A DNA stretch of 64,000 nt from an uncultured Bacilli bacterium. Its GTDB lineage: Bacteria > Bacillota_I > Bacilli_A > RF39 > UBA660. A program made the translations under genes and the position numbers. Below are positions 17,693-28,440 of the stretch, piece by piece. How positions within the stretch are numbered: the stretch's first letter is position 1; each line of letters starts with the position of its first letter. Location: NCBI GenBank assembly GCA_944332555.1, contig CALVKF010000001.1, positions 38,452 through 102,451 on the forward strand, read 5' to 3'. Below the pieces are notes generated by a model, which did no database searches, was not told the origin of the DNA, and saw only the letters and a list, made by a program, of their open reading frames with translations.

Positions 17693-19819
17693 CTATAAAT
17701 TATCCGTAACATCTACGACATTACTTAATTTTCTAATTGAATTTTTAATATATTCTAATTCATCTTTATCTTTTATTCTAATATTAAGTTCATATATGAG
17801 TCTATCATCTTTTTCTATAGTCTTACATGATCTAACTAAAGAATCTCTTTTACCTATTTCTGTTATTACTTCAGCTAAAATATCTTTAGTATCTTTAATT
17901 GTTACATAAATATTAGTATAGTAATAATTTGTACTATCCATATTCCATGATACTTCAATTAATCGATCACTATCAATATGAACATTTTTACAATTCCTCT
18001 TATGAATGCTTATTCCTTGTCCTTTAGTAATAAAACCTACTATATCATCACCTTTAACAGGCATACAACATTTAGCAATATTAACCATAATATTTGGAGT
18101 ACCTTCAACTAATATATCACTCTTATAATTAATTTTAGGCATATCTCTTTTACGCTCAATTAAGATATCATCAACATCTTTAGAATCATTACTACATAAA
18201 TTAATTATATAACCAGCAGTATATCTCAAGGAACCTATTGCTAAATACAAATCATCTAAATCTTTTAATTTTAAATCTTTAAGTATTTTATTTATAGCTT
18301 CATTATTAAGTACTTCACTAAATGAAAGTTTTCTTTTTCGAAGCTCTTTTTCTAAAATATCTTTTCCTTTAGTAATATAAAGTTCCTTATCTTTTTTACT
18401 AAAATAAGCTTTTATTTTATTTTTAGCTTGATTTGTTTTACATAGATTTATCCAATCTTGATTAGGAGTAGCTGCTTGATTTGTTTTAATATTAACTACA
18501 TCTTCATTTTTTAGTTCATATGAAAGTGGTACTATTTTATCATTTACAACTGCTCCAACCGTGGTATCACCAACTTTTGAGTGAATCCTATAAGCAAAAT
18601 CAATTGGAGTTGATCCAACAGGTAACTCAATTACATCACCTTTGGGAGTATAAGTATAAATTAAATCAGAGAATATATTAGTGTTAACCGCTTCTTCAAA
18701 GTCGATATCCGATTCATCGTTACTTGCCTCAATTACATTACGAAACATTTCTAATTTTTGTTCCATAATATTTTGAATCTTTTTAGTACCCTTTTCTTTA
18801 TAAGACCAATGACTCGCTAACCCTTTTTCGGCGATTTCATCCATTTCATAAGTTCTTACCTGTATTTCAAATACTTTGCCTTCTACTCCAAATACAGTTG
18901 TATGAAGAGATTGATACATATTTTCTTTAGGGGATGCAATATAGTCTTTAAATCTCTTAGGCATTGGTCTAAATCTTGAATGGATTAAACCAATTACTTG
19001 ATAACATTCTGCTTCCGTATTAACAAATACTCTTAAAGCTAAAATATCATAAATATTATCCCATTTCTTACCATTATTAAGCTTATTATAAATACTATAA
19101 ACACTCTTAACTCTTCCCTTTATTTCAAAAGTAATACCGGCATCAGTAAGTATTTCAATAATACTTTCCTTCATTTCTTCCAAGTAATCATTTAATTCTG
19201 AAACGGTATTATTTAATTTTTCTAGTATATCATTATAAACATTAGGTTTTAAATAATACAAACTTAAATTTTCTAATTCACTTTTAATAGAGTTTATACC
19301 AAGTCTATGAGCAATAGGAACAAGTACACTCATAGTTTCATTAGCTTTTTCTTTTTGCTTCGCTGGATTTATCGCCCAATTGGTGCGCATGTTATGAAGT
19401 CTATCAGCAAGCTTTATATATAGTACTCTTACATCTTCTGCTAAACCTACAAGTATTTTTCTTAAGTATATTACAGACTTTTCATTATTATCTGGAAGTT
19501 CTAATTTATTAATTTTGGATACGGAACTCACAATCATTGCTACTTCATCCCCAAAGTCTTCCTTTAAATCTTCATAAGTTTTACTACCATTATTAATGAC
19601 TTCATGAAGTAGTGATGCAATTAAAGTTGTATCATCAACATTTAAATCCATAAGTATTTTAGTAACTTCTAAAGGATGTGTAATAAAATCATCACCCGTA
19701 AGTCTTTTCATATCCTTATGTTCATTATAAGCATAAAGATATGCTCTTTTTATCTCCGCATAGTTTTCCCTTTTTTTTAATTTTTCTTCCAAATCCTCAA
19801 AAGTTATTGCTTTTTCCAA
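17693..19819 (-). CDS. relA: (p)ppGpp synthetase/hydrolase RelA/SpoT
   Basis: The ORF is 708 aa. The HD domain motif is HPLEVTKILMDLNVDDTTLIASLLHEV. A synthetase domain follows, then TGS/ACT-like regions. Confidence 0.85.
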   Translation of the reverse strand: MEKAITFEDLEEKLKKRENYAEIKRAYLYAYNEHKDMKRLTGDDFITHPLEVTKILMDLNVDDTTLIASLLHEVINNGSKTYEDLKEDFGDEVAMIVSSVSKINKLELPDNNEKSVIYLRKILVGLAEDVRVLYIKLADRLHNMRTNWAINPAKQKEKANETMSVLVPIAHRLGINSIKSELENLSLYYLKPNVYNDILEKLNNTVSELNDYLEEMKESIIEILTDAGITFEIKGRVKSVYSIYNKLNNGKKWDNIYDILALRVFVNTEAECYQVIGLIHSRFRPMPKRFKDYIASPKENMYQSLHTTVFGVEGKVFEIQVRTYEMDEIAEKGLASHWSYKEKGTKKIQNIMEQKLEMFRNVIEASNDESDIDFEEAVNTNIFSDLIYTYTPKGDVIELPVGSTPIDFAYRIHSKVGDTTVGAVVNDKIVPLSYELKNEDVVNIKTNQAATPNQDWINLCKTNQAKNKIKAYFSKKDKELYITKGKDILEKELRKRKLSFSEVLNNEAINKILKDLKLKDLDDLYLAIGSLRYTAGYIINLCSNDSKDVDDILIERKRDMPKINYKSDILVEGTPNIMVNIAKCCMPVKGDDIVGFITKGQGISIHKRNCKNVHIDSDRLIEVSWNMDSTNYYYTNIYVTIKDTKDILAEVITEIGKRDSLVRSCKTIEKDDRLIYELNIRIKDKDELEYIKNSIRKLSNVVDVTDNL

Positions 19820-19907
19820 TGTATTTCACCTCAATTTTTTAAAGTTTAAAAATTACAACTCATATACTTATTATATAACAAAATAAAATTAATTTAAAGG
19901 TGATATC

Positions 19908-21212
19908 GTGAAAAATAATTTATTTATTAAATCTACTCTAATTCTTATCATAAGTGGTTTTGCTACTAAAATATTAGGTTTTATCATTAGAATTGTATTT
20001 ACTAGGATAATTGGCCCTTATGGGATAAGTTTATATACTATAGCAACACCAACATATTCTTTGCTTCTAACCATTGCAACCCTTGCCATACCCATATCGA
20101 TATCAAAGTTAGTTGCAGAATCTAAAGGCAGAAGTATTAGAATACTTACATCTGCGGCAGCCCTAATTCTTTCAATTAATTTTATTCTTATTATAATCAT
20201 ATTTTTTACTCACGATTTTATTGCGATAAATCTCTTAAAAGAACCTAAATCCGGTCCGATACTCATGGCCATGGCTTTGACACTTCCATTTGTTTCTATT
20301 TCAAGCGTCCTAAAAGGATACTTCGCCGGCAAACAAAATATGGTACCTCATGCAACAAGTAATATAATAGAACAAATTGTAAGACTAATAATTATTATTT
20401 TAATTTTACCTAAACTTATGGAACAATCTGTTATGAATGCTGTTATTGGCCTAGTTTTACTTACTATAATTTCAGAAATATCTTCCATTATAGTATTCTT
20501 ATTCTTTATTCCCAAAAAAATCAATTTAAGATGTGACTTAACTCCAACTAGAGGAATAACTAAAGATATTCTGGGTATTTCTTTACCTTCAGTTTCCAGT
20601 AGAATTATTGGTAACATTGGTTATTTCTTTGAACCAATAATTCTTACTAATTTACTTTTACTATCCGGTTATTCAAGTAGTTATATTCTAGCAGAATATG
20701 GAGCTTATAATGCCTACTCTATATCCCTTTTAACCATGCCCTCATTTTTCATTGCAGCCATATCTTCATCACTTTTACCAGAAATAAGTAAATATTATGC
20801 GAGTAACAATAAAGAAATGGTTAGAAAAAGAATAAAACAAGGACTTCTTTTTGCCCTTGTTATTGGTTTAGTTTTTTCTTCTGTTATATTTATTTTCCGA
20901 GATTCACTATTATTTACTTTATATAAAACAACAATCGGAAGCAAATATATTAAAATACTTGCTCCCGTATTTGTCTTATTTTATTTAGAAGGTGTCTTAA
21001 CTTCTTCTCTTCAAGCCATGGGTTATGCTAAAACTACTATGAAAATAACTCTATATGGTGTATTTATAAAATTAATAATTTTAGCAATATTATCCCTAAG
21101 TCACATTGGTATATATTCACTAGTTATATCAGAAATAATTAATATATTATTTGTAGTATCTCTTAACTTTAAAGCTTTGAAAAAAGGAATTAAAATAAAA
21201 AATTTAATTTAA
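19908..21212 (+). CDS. MOP-superfamily polysaccharide/lipid-II flippase (MurJ/SpoVB-like)
   Basis: The ORF is 434 aa and polytopic. The N-terminus resembles the MurJ/Wzx families. Confidence 0.55.
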   Translation: MKNNLFIKSTLILIISGFATKILGFIIRIVFTRIIGPYGISLYTIATPTYSLLLTIATLAIPISISKLVAESKGRSIRILTSAAALILSINFILIIIIFFTHDFIAINLLKEPKSGPILMAMALTLPFVSISSVLKGYFAGKQNMVPHATSNIIEQIVRLIIIILILPKLMEQSVMNAVIGLVLLTIISEISSIIVFLFFIPKKINLRCDLTPTRGITKDILGISLPSVSSRIIGNIGYFFEPIILTNLLLLSGYSSSYILAEYGAYNAYSISLLTMPSFFIAAISSSLLPEISKYYASNNKEMVRKRIKQGLLFALVIGLVFSSVIFIFRDSLLFTLYKTTIGSKYIKILAPVFVLFYLEGVLTSSLQAMGYAKTTMKITLYGVFIKLIILAILSLSHIGIYSLVISEIINILFVVSLNFKALKKGIKIKNLI

Positions 21213-21550
21213 TACGTTCGTTTATGTTAGTTTTGTCGAATCACTTGCAATATCAAAATTATCCTTTATAATAGATAACCGTTACCTGTAATTGGTAGAG
21301 CGCCGACGGGCTTTTTAGCTAAAGACTCCAGGGGGTCATGGATATGATTCTTAAAAGAGTTCCAAGGTTAAGAAGGCAGTTTATGATTAGAAAAATAATA
21401 TTATATTTCATGATAATTATTAATATTAAAATAAAATTTAGTATTAATAAGAAAGACGCCACTAGAAAGTAGCGCCTTACAACAAATTTGGCGTTACCCA
21501 ATACAGGTAATTTACAATATAGCAAAGTTTTATATAAATTACAACTATTT

Positions 21551-21796
21551 TTATTCATCTTTTATATTTTTAAATAAGTCATCGGAAAAAAACTCGCCGA
21601 GTGTGATATTTAATCCTTCACATATTTTATATATAGTTGCTATTTTAGGGTTATTTGATTGTCCTGCAACTATATTTTGTAAAGTGCTTTGGGTTAAAGA
21701 GCACATTAAAGCAAGTTTATTAATTGAGATATTTCTATCTTTACAAATGTTTAATATTTTTTTAGCTATCGCTTCTTTCATATTCATATTAACCAC
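21551..21796 (-). CDS. XRE-family helix-turn-helix transcriptional regulator
   Basis: The HTH motif is ISINKLALMCSLTQSTLQNIVAGQSNNP. The ORF is 81 aa, though the start may be one of the internal Met codons. Confidence 0.7.
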   Translation of the reverse strand: MVNMNMKEAIAKKILNICKDRNISINKLALMCSLTQSTLQNIVAGQSNNPKIATIYKICEGLNITLGEFFSDDLFKNIKDE

Positions 21797-21867
21797 TCAT
21801 GTATATAGTGTATCAACAAGTTGCCTTTTATACCTAACCACGCATGGTTAAAATGAGTATTTTTTAA

Positions 21868-21925
21868 AAAAATAACACTTTTTGACACAGATTTAAGGTC
21901 GAGTTGTGAAACTTCGAGGACTTAA
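21868..21925. terminator. Long near-perfect inverted repeat (~22-bp arms); bidirectional terminator for tig
   Basis: The sequence is ttgacacagatttaaggtcgag-ttgtgaaa-cttcgaggacttaaatctgtgtcaa. Confidence 0.55.
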
Positions 21926-21996
21926 ATCTGTGTCAATGGTTTTATTTAAAAAAGTATAACTTTCCTATTATATAAAAAAAGCACTAAATTGTGCTT

Positions 21997-23241
21997 TTAG
22001 TTATTTTCTTTTAAAATTTCTAATGCTTTATGCATTCTCAAATCATACTCTATAATATCTTTAGTATAAACTTTATTGATTTCTTCAACATCTACACCAA
22101 ATTGTTTAGCAAGTTCTTCTGCTCTATTATCAACTTCTTCTTTAGTGAATTTCAAGTCTTCTTTATCAGCTATTGCTTCAATTAAATAACGATATTTTAC
22201 TCTCTTTGTTGCTTCTGGTTCCATAAGTTTCTTTAAATCATCTTCAGTTGAACCAGTCATTTGATAATAAGTATCAATATTCATACCTTGCATTTGTAGT
22301 TGTCTAGAATATTCATCAAGCATTCTTCTTACTTCTTCTTCAACTATTTCAGGATTAATATCGACTTTTAAATTTTTAGAAGCCGCTTCTAGGCAAGCAT
22401 CGATGAAAGCATCTTCTGCCATATGTTCTTTTTGATGATGAATATCTTTCTTAATTTGTTCTCTTAGTTCTTTTTCAGTTTTAATATCATCATAACCTAA
22501 ATCTTTAAAGAAATCTTCATTAATATCCGGTAAAACTCTTGTTTTAACTTCATTTACTTTAACTTTAAAAGTAACATCTTTGTTCTTTAAGTCTTCAATA
22601 TAATTTTCTGGGAATTTTAGATTTAATTCTTTTTCTTCTCCTGCTTTAAGACCAATTAAACCTTCTTCAAAACCAGGTATAAATGAGTGACTTCCAATTT
22701 CAAGTGGAAAATTTTCACCACTACCACCTTCAAGTTCTTTGCCATCAACATAACCAGTAAAGTCGATGATTGCAGTATCTCCTTCGACAATTTCGCCATT
22801 TTCTTTAGTAACTACATCTGCCATATGTTCTTTTAGATGTTCAATTTCATGATCAATTTCTTCTTCAGTTACTTCAATCTTTTCCTTCTTTACTTTTAAA
22901 TTTTTGTATTCCCCTAAAATTACTTCTGGTTTAGTAATAATAGTAAATTCAAAAATAATATTACTATCACTAATACCTGTTACATCAACTTTTGGTTCTA
23001 CAACTGGTTCTAGTTTACTTTCATCAAGAGCTTTTTTATAAGCAACCGAAATAGCACTATCAACTGCATCACCATAAAGTGATTCAATACCAAAGTGCTT
23101 TAAATAAATATCTTTAGGTGCAGCTCCTTTTCTAAAACCATCAATTTTTGTTTCTTTGTTTTTCTTTTTGAATGCCGCATCTAGAGCAGATACCCATTCC
23201 TTATCTAATTTAATTTCAATTTTGTGTACATTTTTTTCCAT
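21997..23241 (-). CDS. tig: Trigger factor
   Basis: The ribosome-binding signature GFRKGAAPKDIYLKHFG is present. The ORF is 414 aa. Confidence 0.85.
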   Translation of the reverse strand: MEKNVHKIEIKLDKEWVSALDAAFKKKNKETKIDGFRKGAAPKDIYLKHFGIESLYGDAVDSAISVAYKKALDESKLEPVVEPKVDVTGISDSNIIFEFTIITKPEVILGEYKNLKVKKEKIEVTEEEIDHEIEHLKEHMADVVTKENGEIVEGDTAIIDFTGYVDGKELEGGSGENFPLEIGSHSFIPGFEEGLIGLKAGEEKELNLKFPENYIEDLKNKDVTFKVKVNEVKTRVLPDINEDFFKDLGYDDIKTEKELREQIKKDIHHQKEHMAEDAFIDACLEAASKNLKVDINPEIVEEEVRRMLDEYSRQLQMQGMNIDTYYQMTGSTEDDLKKLMEPEATKRVKYRYLIEAIADKEDLKFTKEEVDNRAEELAKQFGVDVEEINKVYTKDIIEYDLRMHKALEILKENN

Positions 23242-23308
23242 ACATCTCTCTCCTTAACTATAAAATATTATATCATTTCAATAGAAAATAAGCAATTATT
23301 TTAATTGC

Positions 23309-23773
23309 TTATGCGATTTTTTCAATCTTTATATTGTATCCACCATTCGGAGATTCTACACAAACGGTATCTCCGATACGGTGAGAAAGTAGTGCTATAC
23401 CTAAAGGTGATTCATTAGAAATTTTATTTTCAAATGGATCAGCTTCCATTGAACCAACTAATTTATACTCTTCTACTTCTCCATCATCATAACTAATAGT
23501 TACTGTAGAACCTAAATTAACAATATTTTTATCTTTATTGTCAATAATTTCAGCATGTTCAAGTTTATATTCAAGTTCTTGAATTTTAGCTTCAATTTGG
23601 GCTTGTTCATTTCTTGCTGCATCATAATCAGCATTTTCTGATAAGTCTCCTTGAGCCCGAGCTTCCTTTAGAGCCTTAATTACTTCTGGTCTTCTCACAT
23701 TTTTAAGTACATTTAATTCTTCTTCTGCTTGCAAGTATCCTTCAGCAGTCATAATAAATTTATTATCATTCAT
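23309..23773 (-). CDS. greA: Transcription elongation factor GreA
   Basis: The ORF is 154 aa. An acidic coiled-coil N-terminus is followed by the FKBP-like C-terminus GDTVCVESPNGG. Confidence 0.85.
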   Translation of the reverse strand: MNDNKFIMTAEGYLQAEEELNVLKNVRRPEVIKALKEARAQGDLSENADYDAARNEQAQIEAKIQELEYKLEHAEIIDNKDKNIVNLGSTVTISYDDGEVEEYKLVGSMEADPFENKISNESPLGIALLSHRIGDTVCVESPNGGYNIKIEKIA

Positions 23774-23818
23774 AATTTATCTCTCCTTTTTTATTTTGAT
23801 TTCCAGTTCATAATATTA

Positions 23819-25009
23819 CTATAAAATGCTTGATTTGTCAATCACTTTTAGTCTCATAAAATCATTTTTTGCGAGTTTTTTATCAACTGGAATTTTAACT
23901 ATTGTTTTGGGATGACGAGACGCATCAATTAATTCTAGAGAATCATTATATATTTTATTTAAAACTATACTAAATGTTTCCGTATTTGGCCCAAAAAATT
24001 CAACTTCTGTGCCTATTTCAAAATAATTTCTAGTATCAATCGTAGCTATTTTAGTATCATCATCATAATCTAGAACTAACCCTAAAAAATCTTGGTTAGA
24101 TACTTCATCACGGCCATTAAAGTATTGTTCATCTACTCCTGGTAATTTATCAAAAAATTGGGGAGCTGATTCTCTATTAGCACAACGATTAAGTATAGCT
24201 AGATAATATGCTTTATCTGGCTCTGTTAAAGTCTTATTAATTATACCATCAATCATCCTTCTGTAACACCAAATAACAGTTGCCACATAATATATGGAAC
24301 GCATTCTACCTTCAATTTTAAAAGAATCAACCCCCATATTTATTTCATCTTCTAAAAATTTAACCATATTTAAGTCTTTCGGCGTAATAGTTAAGTCTAC
24401 TTCCCCATCGCTTCGCTCAAAATTCCAACGACATACTTGGGCACAACCACCACGATTAGCATCTCTTAAAGTCATATAATTTGATAAAACACATTTACCA
24501 CTAAATGAAGTACACATGGCTCCATGGATAAATGCTTCTACTTCTATACCAGTATCTTTTATTCTTTTTATTGCATCTCTACTTGCTTCTCTAGCTAAAA
24601 CAACTCTTGTAACTCCGAGATTACGCCAGAATTTGACGGCACGTGAGTTCATTGTACTAGCTTGAGTAGATAAGCACATAGCTAGATTTAGACCTAATTC
24701 TTTTACTCTTTTAATTACCGCAATATCACTAACAATAATGCTATCAACATTAATTTCATCTAAATATTTTAAATATTCATCTAAACCTGCAAAATCGCTA
24801 TCATGTAGTACTATATTAACTGTTACATAAACTTTTTTACCTAAGCTATGGGCATATTCAGTAGCTTTTTTTATTTCTTCTAAGTTAAAATTTTTGGCAT
24901 TCGCGCGTAACCCAAAATTTTGGCCTCCGAAATATACGGCATCTGCACCATAAAGAAATGCAAAGTAAAGTCTTTCAAAATCTCCAGCTGGAGCTAGTAA
25001 CTCAGTCAT
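23819..25009 (-). CDS. Peptidase U32 family protein (YrrO/RlhA-like)
   Basis: The start is reassigned to ATG 25009 (MTELLAPAGDFERL) behind GGTGA. The U32 N-terminal signature is present. The position is syntenic with B. subtilis yrrO. Confidence 0.75.
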   Translation of the reverse strand: MTELLAPAGDFERLYFAFLYGADAVYFGGQNFGLRANAKNFNLEEIKKATEYAHSLGKKVYVTVNIVLHDSDFAGLDEYLKYLDEINVDSIIVSDIAVIKRVKELGLNLAMCLSTQASTMNSRAVKFWRNLGVTRVVLAREASRDAIKRIKDTGIEVEAFIHGAMCTSFSGKCVLSNYMTLRDANRGGCAQVCRWNFERSDGEVDLTITPKDLNMVKFLEDEINMGVDSFKIEGRMRSIYYVATVIWCYRRMIDGIINKTLTEPDKAYYLAILNRCANRESAPQFFDKLPGVDEQYFNGRDEVSNQDFLGLVLDYDDDTKIATIDTRNYFEIGTEVEFFGPNTETFSIVLNKIYNDSLELIDASRHPKTIVKIPVDKKLAKNDFMRLKVIDKSSIL

Positions 25010-25010
25010 C

Positions 25011-25769
25011 TTAATCACCTATCCTATAAGTAGTAGCTTTATCTAGAAATAAAGAATCGTTATCTATGTTACTTACATCATTATTTATTACAACATCTAG
25101 TATTTGTTCATCATCTAAAAATACGGGATTATACCAAAAATATAATACATTATCTAAATCAAGTAAATTTAAAGCATTATAATACTTACTTGCATAAAAA
25201 TAAGTACCATATTCATTTTCAAAAATTTTAAAACCATTATCTTTGATTTTAACATCCAACACATTTTTATTGGGAATATTATAGTATTTTGCATAATTTG
25301 CAAGTAATAATCTTCTTGAATACATTAAATCTTTCATACCGAATACATTTACTACTACTGGTTTTATTGTGTTTTTAACAATTTCTTTTATTTCTTCTTT
25401 GGTAATATCACTAGATACTACTACACTATCTGTGTATTCTAGGTAATAATTAATTGATCTAGTGTTATTACCATAATGATTAATTAAAAGAATTTTAGTA
25501 ATATTTAAATCACTTATTATATCAAGTATACCTAAATCATCAAATACTATACCTTTTATATTATTTTTTTTATGTAATATTGTATCTAATTCATCCAAAT
25601 CAAAATCATCAAGTATTCTATTTATTAAAACAAAACCATCAATATCTTTAATATCAAAAGTTATTGGGTATCCTACAGTATATGATTTAAGAGGATATAA
25701 TAGCATTATATCCTCATTATTCTTTAATTTATCTGATATTGTATTACTTGTAACTGTAACTAATTTCAT
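25011..25769 (-). CDS. YrrN-like protein (divergent U32-family partner)
   Basis: The position is syntenic with B. subtilis yrrN. The start is reassigned to ATG 25769 behind AGGTGG, with an ATGA overlap onto the trmR stop. Confidence 0.45.
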   Translation of the reverse strand: MKLVTVTSNTISDKLKNNEDIMLLYPLKSYTVGYPITFDIKDIDGFVLINRILDDFDLDELDTILHKKNNIKGIVFDDLGILDIISDLNITKILLINHYGNNTRSINYYLEYTDSVVVSSDITKEEIKEIVKNTIKPVVVNVFGMKDLMYSRRLLLANYAKYYNIPNKNVLDVKIKDNGFKIFENEYGTYFYASKYYNALNLLDLDNVLYFWYNPVFLDDEQILDVVINNDVSNIDNDSLFLDKATTYRIGD

Positions 25770-26368
25770 CAATTTTTCCACCTACTTATAGAAAGACCAT
25801 CACCAATATCTAAAAATTTAGTGTCAAATTCTGGATTATTCTTTAAAAATTCAATATAACTTTCGATTTTTTCAACTAAACTTTTTAAATTACCTTTATC
25901 AAGCATACTGGACTTTCCAACATAATCATGAAAATTAATATTATCTGTAATAATGGCGCCCCCTGGCTTTAAGAAGTTTTTATATTTTTCAAAAAACTTA
26001 ATATATTGACCCTTTGCGGCATCAATAAAGATTAAATCATATTTTAATTCTTCACTTAAATTAAGTTCTAAAGCATCTTGATAGACAACATTAATGCGCT
26101 TTTCCATGCCGCATTTCTTAACATTTTTAAGGCATTCCATATATCTTGTTTCATCACGCTCAATTGTTGTAACTTGCGCCTTATTATTACTTGATGCCAT
26201 AAGTATGGCTGAATATCCTATAGCACTACCAATTTCTAAAATTGCCTCAACATTATGTTCTTTAATATACTTCATAATGTAAACAATCGATTTTTTCTCA
26301 ATTATTGGTACATTATTTTCTTTAGCATATTCCTCCATCGCGAGGATATTTTCTTTTAGTTCTTTCAA
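25769..26368 (-). CDS. trmR: SAM-dependent O-methyltransferase (YrrM/TrmR-like)
   Basis: SAM-binding motif I is LEIGSAIGYSAILMA. The protein is 199 aa. The position is syntenic with yrrM. Confidence 0.7.
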   Translation of the reverse strand: MKELKENILAMEEYAKENNVPIIEKKSIVYIMKYIKEHNVEAILEIGSAIGYSAILMASSNNKAQVTTIERDETRYMECLKNVKKCGMEKRINVVYQDALELNLSEELKYDLIFIDAAKGQYIKFFEKYKNFLKPGGAIITDNINFHDYVGKSSMLDKGNLKSLVEKIESYIEFLKNNPEFDTKFLDIGDGLSISRWKN

Positions 26369-26378
26369 TTTTTCTCAC

Positions 26379-27446
26379 CTATCCATATAATCTTTGAAAT
26401 TCTAAAAATTCATTATAATCATCTGTAAAATAAACATTACCAGTTATGATATCTGCAAAAAAGTAGATATAATTTGTATCAGCAGGATTAAGTACCGCCC
26501 GAATGCTTTCACTACTTGGATTACATATCGGTCCAACTGGTAAGCCAATTAAAGATGCATTACGAGTATTATAAGGGTTATCGTCCGCTAAGTCAAGAGT
26601 TGTCAGGGTTTCTGTCATACTTTTATGAACTCCATAATAGGTTGTAACATCCATCCCTAAATTCATTCCCCTATCAAGTCTTGTATAAATTACTTGGGCA
26701 ACTTTAGTCCGATCTTCATAATTCATTGCTTCTTTTTCAGCAATACTTGCCATTGTAAGTATTTCATGAACTGAATAGTTACTTGCATCAATCTCACTTC
26801 TAAATATTTCTAACTGTTTAGCTGTTTCATCAAGCATTTTTCTGATTACCTCATTTAAAGTCGTTTCAGTATGAATTTGATAAGTATTAGGATATAAATA
26901 ACCTTCTAAACCATAATATAAATCATTATTTAGAATATCATCAGTTAAAAACCAATAATCATCAATTAAACTATTTAAAAATTCAGAATTATTTATTTCC
27001 TCAAGCATTGCATCATATTCTAAATTTGTATTTTCACTTAAAAGTTTTAGATATTCTTCTAAAGTAATACCTTCTCTGAAGGTTAAGCTAACACTATCTC
27101 GTTCAGCATTAATTACATCTCCATTTGCTAAAGATCTAATAATATCTTCAGTACTCATATTACGATTTAACTCATAAGAGCCCGCTTGGATATTGGTATT
27201 ACCACTTAAAACAATATAAAATAAAGTTGCATATTTACTTTTTATTAAATTAGCATCCTTTAAATTGTTGGCAATTTCCATCTTACTATCACCTTGATTA
27301 ATAGTAAAATTAACAATTGTGCTTTCTTTAGATACTGGTGTAAGCAAATAAAAATATAAGCCAATAAATATCGCTATTATTGCTAATATTATTCCACTAA
27401 TTATTAAAATAATTTTAGTTTTTTTATTCAATGTTTTCTCCTCCAT
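26379..27446 (-). CDS. mltG: Endolytic murein transglycosylase MltG (YceG family)
   Basis: A YceG-like domain follows the N-terminal transmembrane helix. The position is syntenic with yrrL. Confidence 0.8.
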   Translation of the reverse strand: MEEKTLNKKTKIILIISGIILAIIAIFIGLYFYLLTPVSKESTIVNFTINQGDSKMEIANNLKDANLIKSKYATLFYIVLSGNTNIQAGSYELNRNMSTEDIIRSLANGDVINAERDSVSLTFREGITLEEYLKLLSENTNLEYDAMLEEINNSEFLNSLIDDYWFLTDDILNNDLYYGLEGYLYPNTYQIHTETTLNEVIRKMLDETAKQLEIFRSEIDASNYSVHEILTMASIAEKEAMNYEDRTKVAQVIYTRLDRGMNLGMDVTTYYGVHKSMTETLTTLDLADDNPYNTRNASLIGLPVGPICNPSSESIRAVLNPADTNYIYFFADIITGNVYFTDDYNEFLEFQRLYG

Positions 27447-27696
27447 TCATTTTAGATTGGATATTTAATAAAACTCTATCTAAAAACTCCAATATTTCTT
27501 CGTCTTCGATAGGTTTAATAAATTGAACCCCATCTAAAAACTCATAATTACCAGCATAGGCAATAATATCTCCAAATTCATTTTTTTCTCTTTTAGTATA
27601 TATGACATAATTATTACCACTAACTTCAATATTTAATAAAATATCATATTTTTCTACTTTTTCACCATTTTCAATTATTAATTTATTATTTTTCAT
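27424..27696 (-). CDS. DUF1292 protein (YrzB-like)
   Basis: The ORF is 90 aa. The acidic pattern NYVIYTKREKNEFGDIIAYAGNYEFLDGVQFIKPIEDEE is typical of DUF1292. Confidence 0.7.
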   Translation of the reverse strand: MKNNKLIIENGEKVEKYDILLNIEVSGNNYVIYTKREKNEFGDIIAYAGNYEFLDGVQFIKPIEDEEILEFLDRVLLNIQSKMNGGENIE

Positions 27697-28103
27697 AATT
27701 TCCTCAAAAAACTTTCCAATATTAATTGTGATGCCACTATATCAGTTTTCTTACTTTTATTAATTTTTTTCATTCCATTATTTTTAAGTATATTTATTGC
27801 TTCAACTGTTGTAAGCCTTTCATCTTCCAAATGGACAATTAACCCAATATTTTCTAACATTTCTTTAAATTTTAAGCTTCTATTACTTGCAAATCCTAAC
27901 GAATTATCCATATTTTTAGGAAGACCTAAAACTACTTGTGTAATATTATATTCTTTAGTTAAATTTAGCAATTGTTCTAACGCACTTTCATAATCCTCTT
28001 TTGCAAATTTAATTAATTTTAAGGGACTAGCTATTGTATTAGTTTTATCACTAATTGCCACTCCTAAAGTAGTTGTACCTAAATCCAAACCTAAATAACG
28101 CAT
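27693..28103 (-). CDS. ruvX: Holliday-junction resolvase-like nuclease RuvX/YqgF
   Basis: The N-terminus MRYLGLDLGTTTLGVAISD is characteristic of YqgF. Confidence 0.85.
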   Translation of the reverse strand: MRYLGLDLGTTTLGVAISDKTNTIASPLKLIKFAKEDYESALEQLLNLTKEYNITQVVLGLPKNMDNSLGFASNRSLKFKEMLENIGLIVHLEDERLTTVEAINILKNNGMKKINKSKKTDIVASQLILESFLRKL

Positions 28104-28351
28104 TAAACACCTAAATATCCATTAATTAAAGCTCTTAACACTTCACTTCTTTCATATTCAGCAATCTTATTTCTAGAATTATTAAAAGAAGTTATGTATT
28201 TTAAATCTCCAGTTAATAAATAACCCACTAATTGATTGGTAGCATTATAACCTTTAAATTCTAAAGCTTCAATTACTTCATTAAGCATCATTAATATTAA
28301 TTCTTGTCTTAATTCTTGTACATTAAATATACTTGTTTTACTATAATCCAT
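28103..28351 (-). CDS. ireB: UPF0297/IreB-family protein (YrzL-like)
   Basis: The ORF is 82 aa. The sequence VIEALEFKGYNATNQLVGYLLTGD is typical of DUF965. Confidence 0.75.
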   Translation of the reverse strand: MDYSKTSIFNVQELRQELILMMLNEVIEALEFKGYNATNQLVGYLLTGDLKYITSFNNSRNKIAEYERSEVLRALINGYLGV

Positions 28352-28417
28352 AATTTACTCCCATCATCAATATAATAATATCAAAAAATACATTATTAAT
28401 CAATCAATTAAAAGAAA

Positions 28418-28440
28418 AAAAGATAGAAATTAATCTATCT
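28418..28440 (-). terminator. Intrinsic terminator inside the 5' region of the ireB operon
   Basis: On the minus strand the hairpin is agatagattaatttctatct, followed by ttttttt. Confidence 0.5.

Noticed and set aside
21270-21310. tRNA-like sequence ggtagagcgcc after the flippase gene
   Set aside because: Only a D-arm-like fragment is present. No acceptor, anticodon or T-arm can be folded on either strand.
21319-21851. ORFs 21319..21558 and 21603..21851
   Set aside because: They are hydrophobic, low-complexity translations of an AT-rich intergenic region or the antisense of the XRE gene. No RBS is present.
8743-26282. Short antisense ORFs inside gatA, asnS, aspS, dtd, murJ-like, U32 and trmR (8743..8925, 11556..11798, 16179..16379, 17378..17671, 20018..20200, 20348..20617, 24294..24479, 26094..26282)
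   Set aside because: They are fully embedded antisense to well-supported genes, with no RBS and compositionally biased translations.
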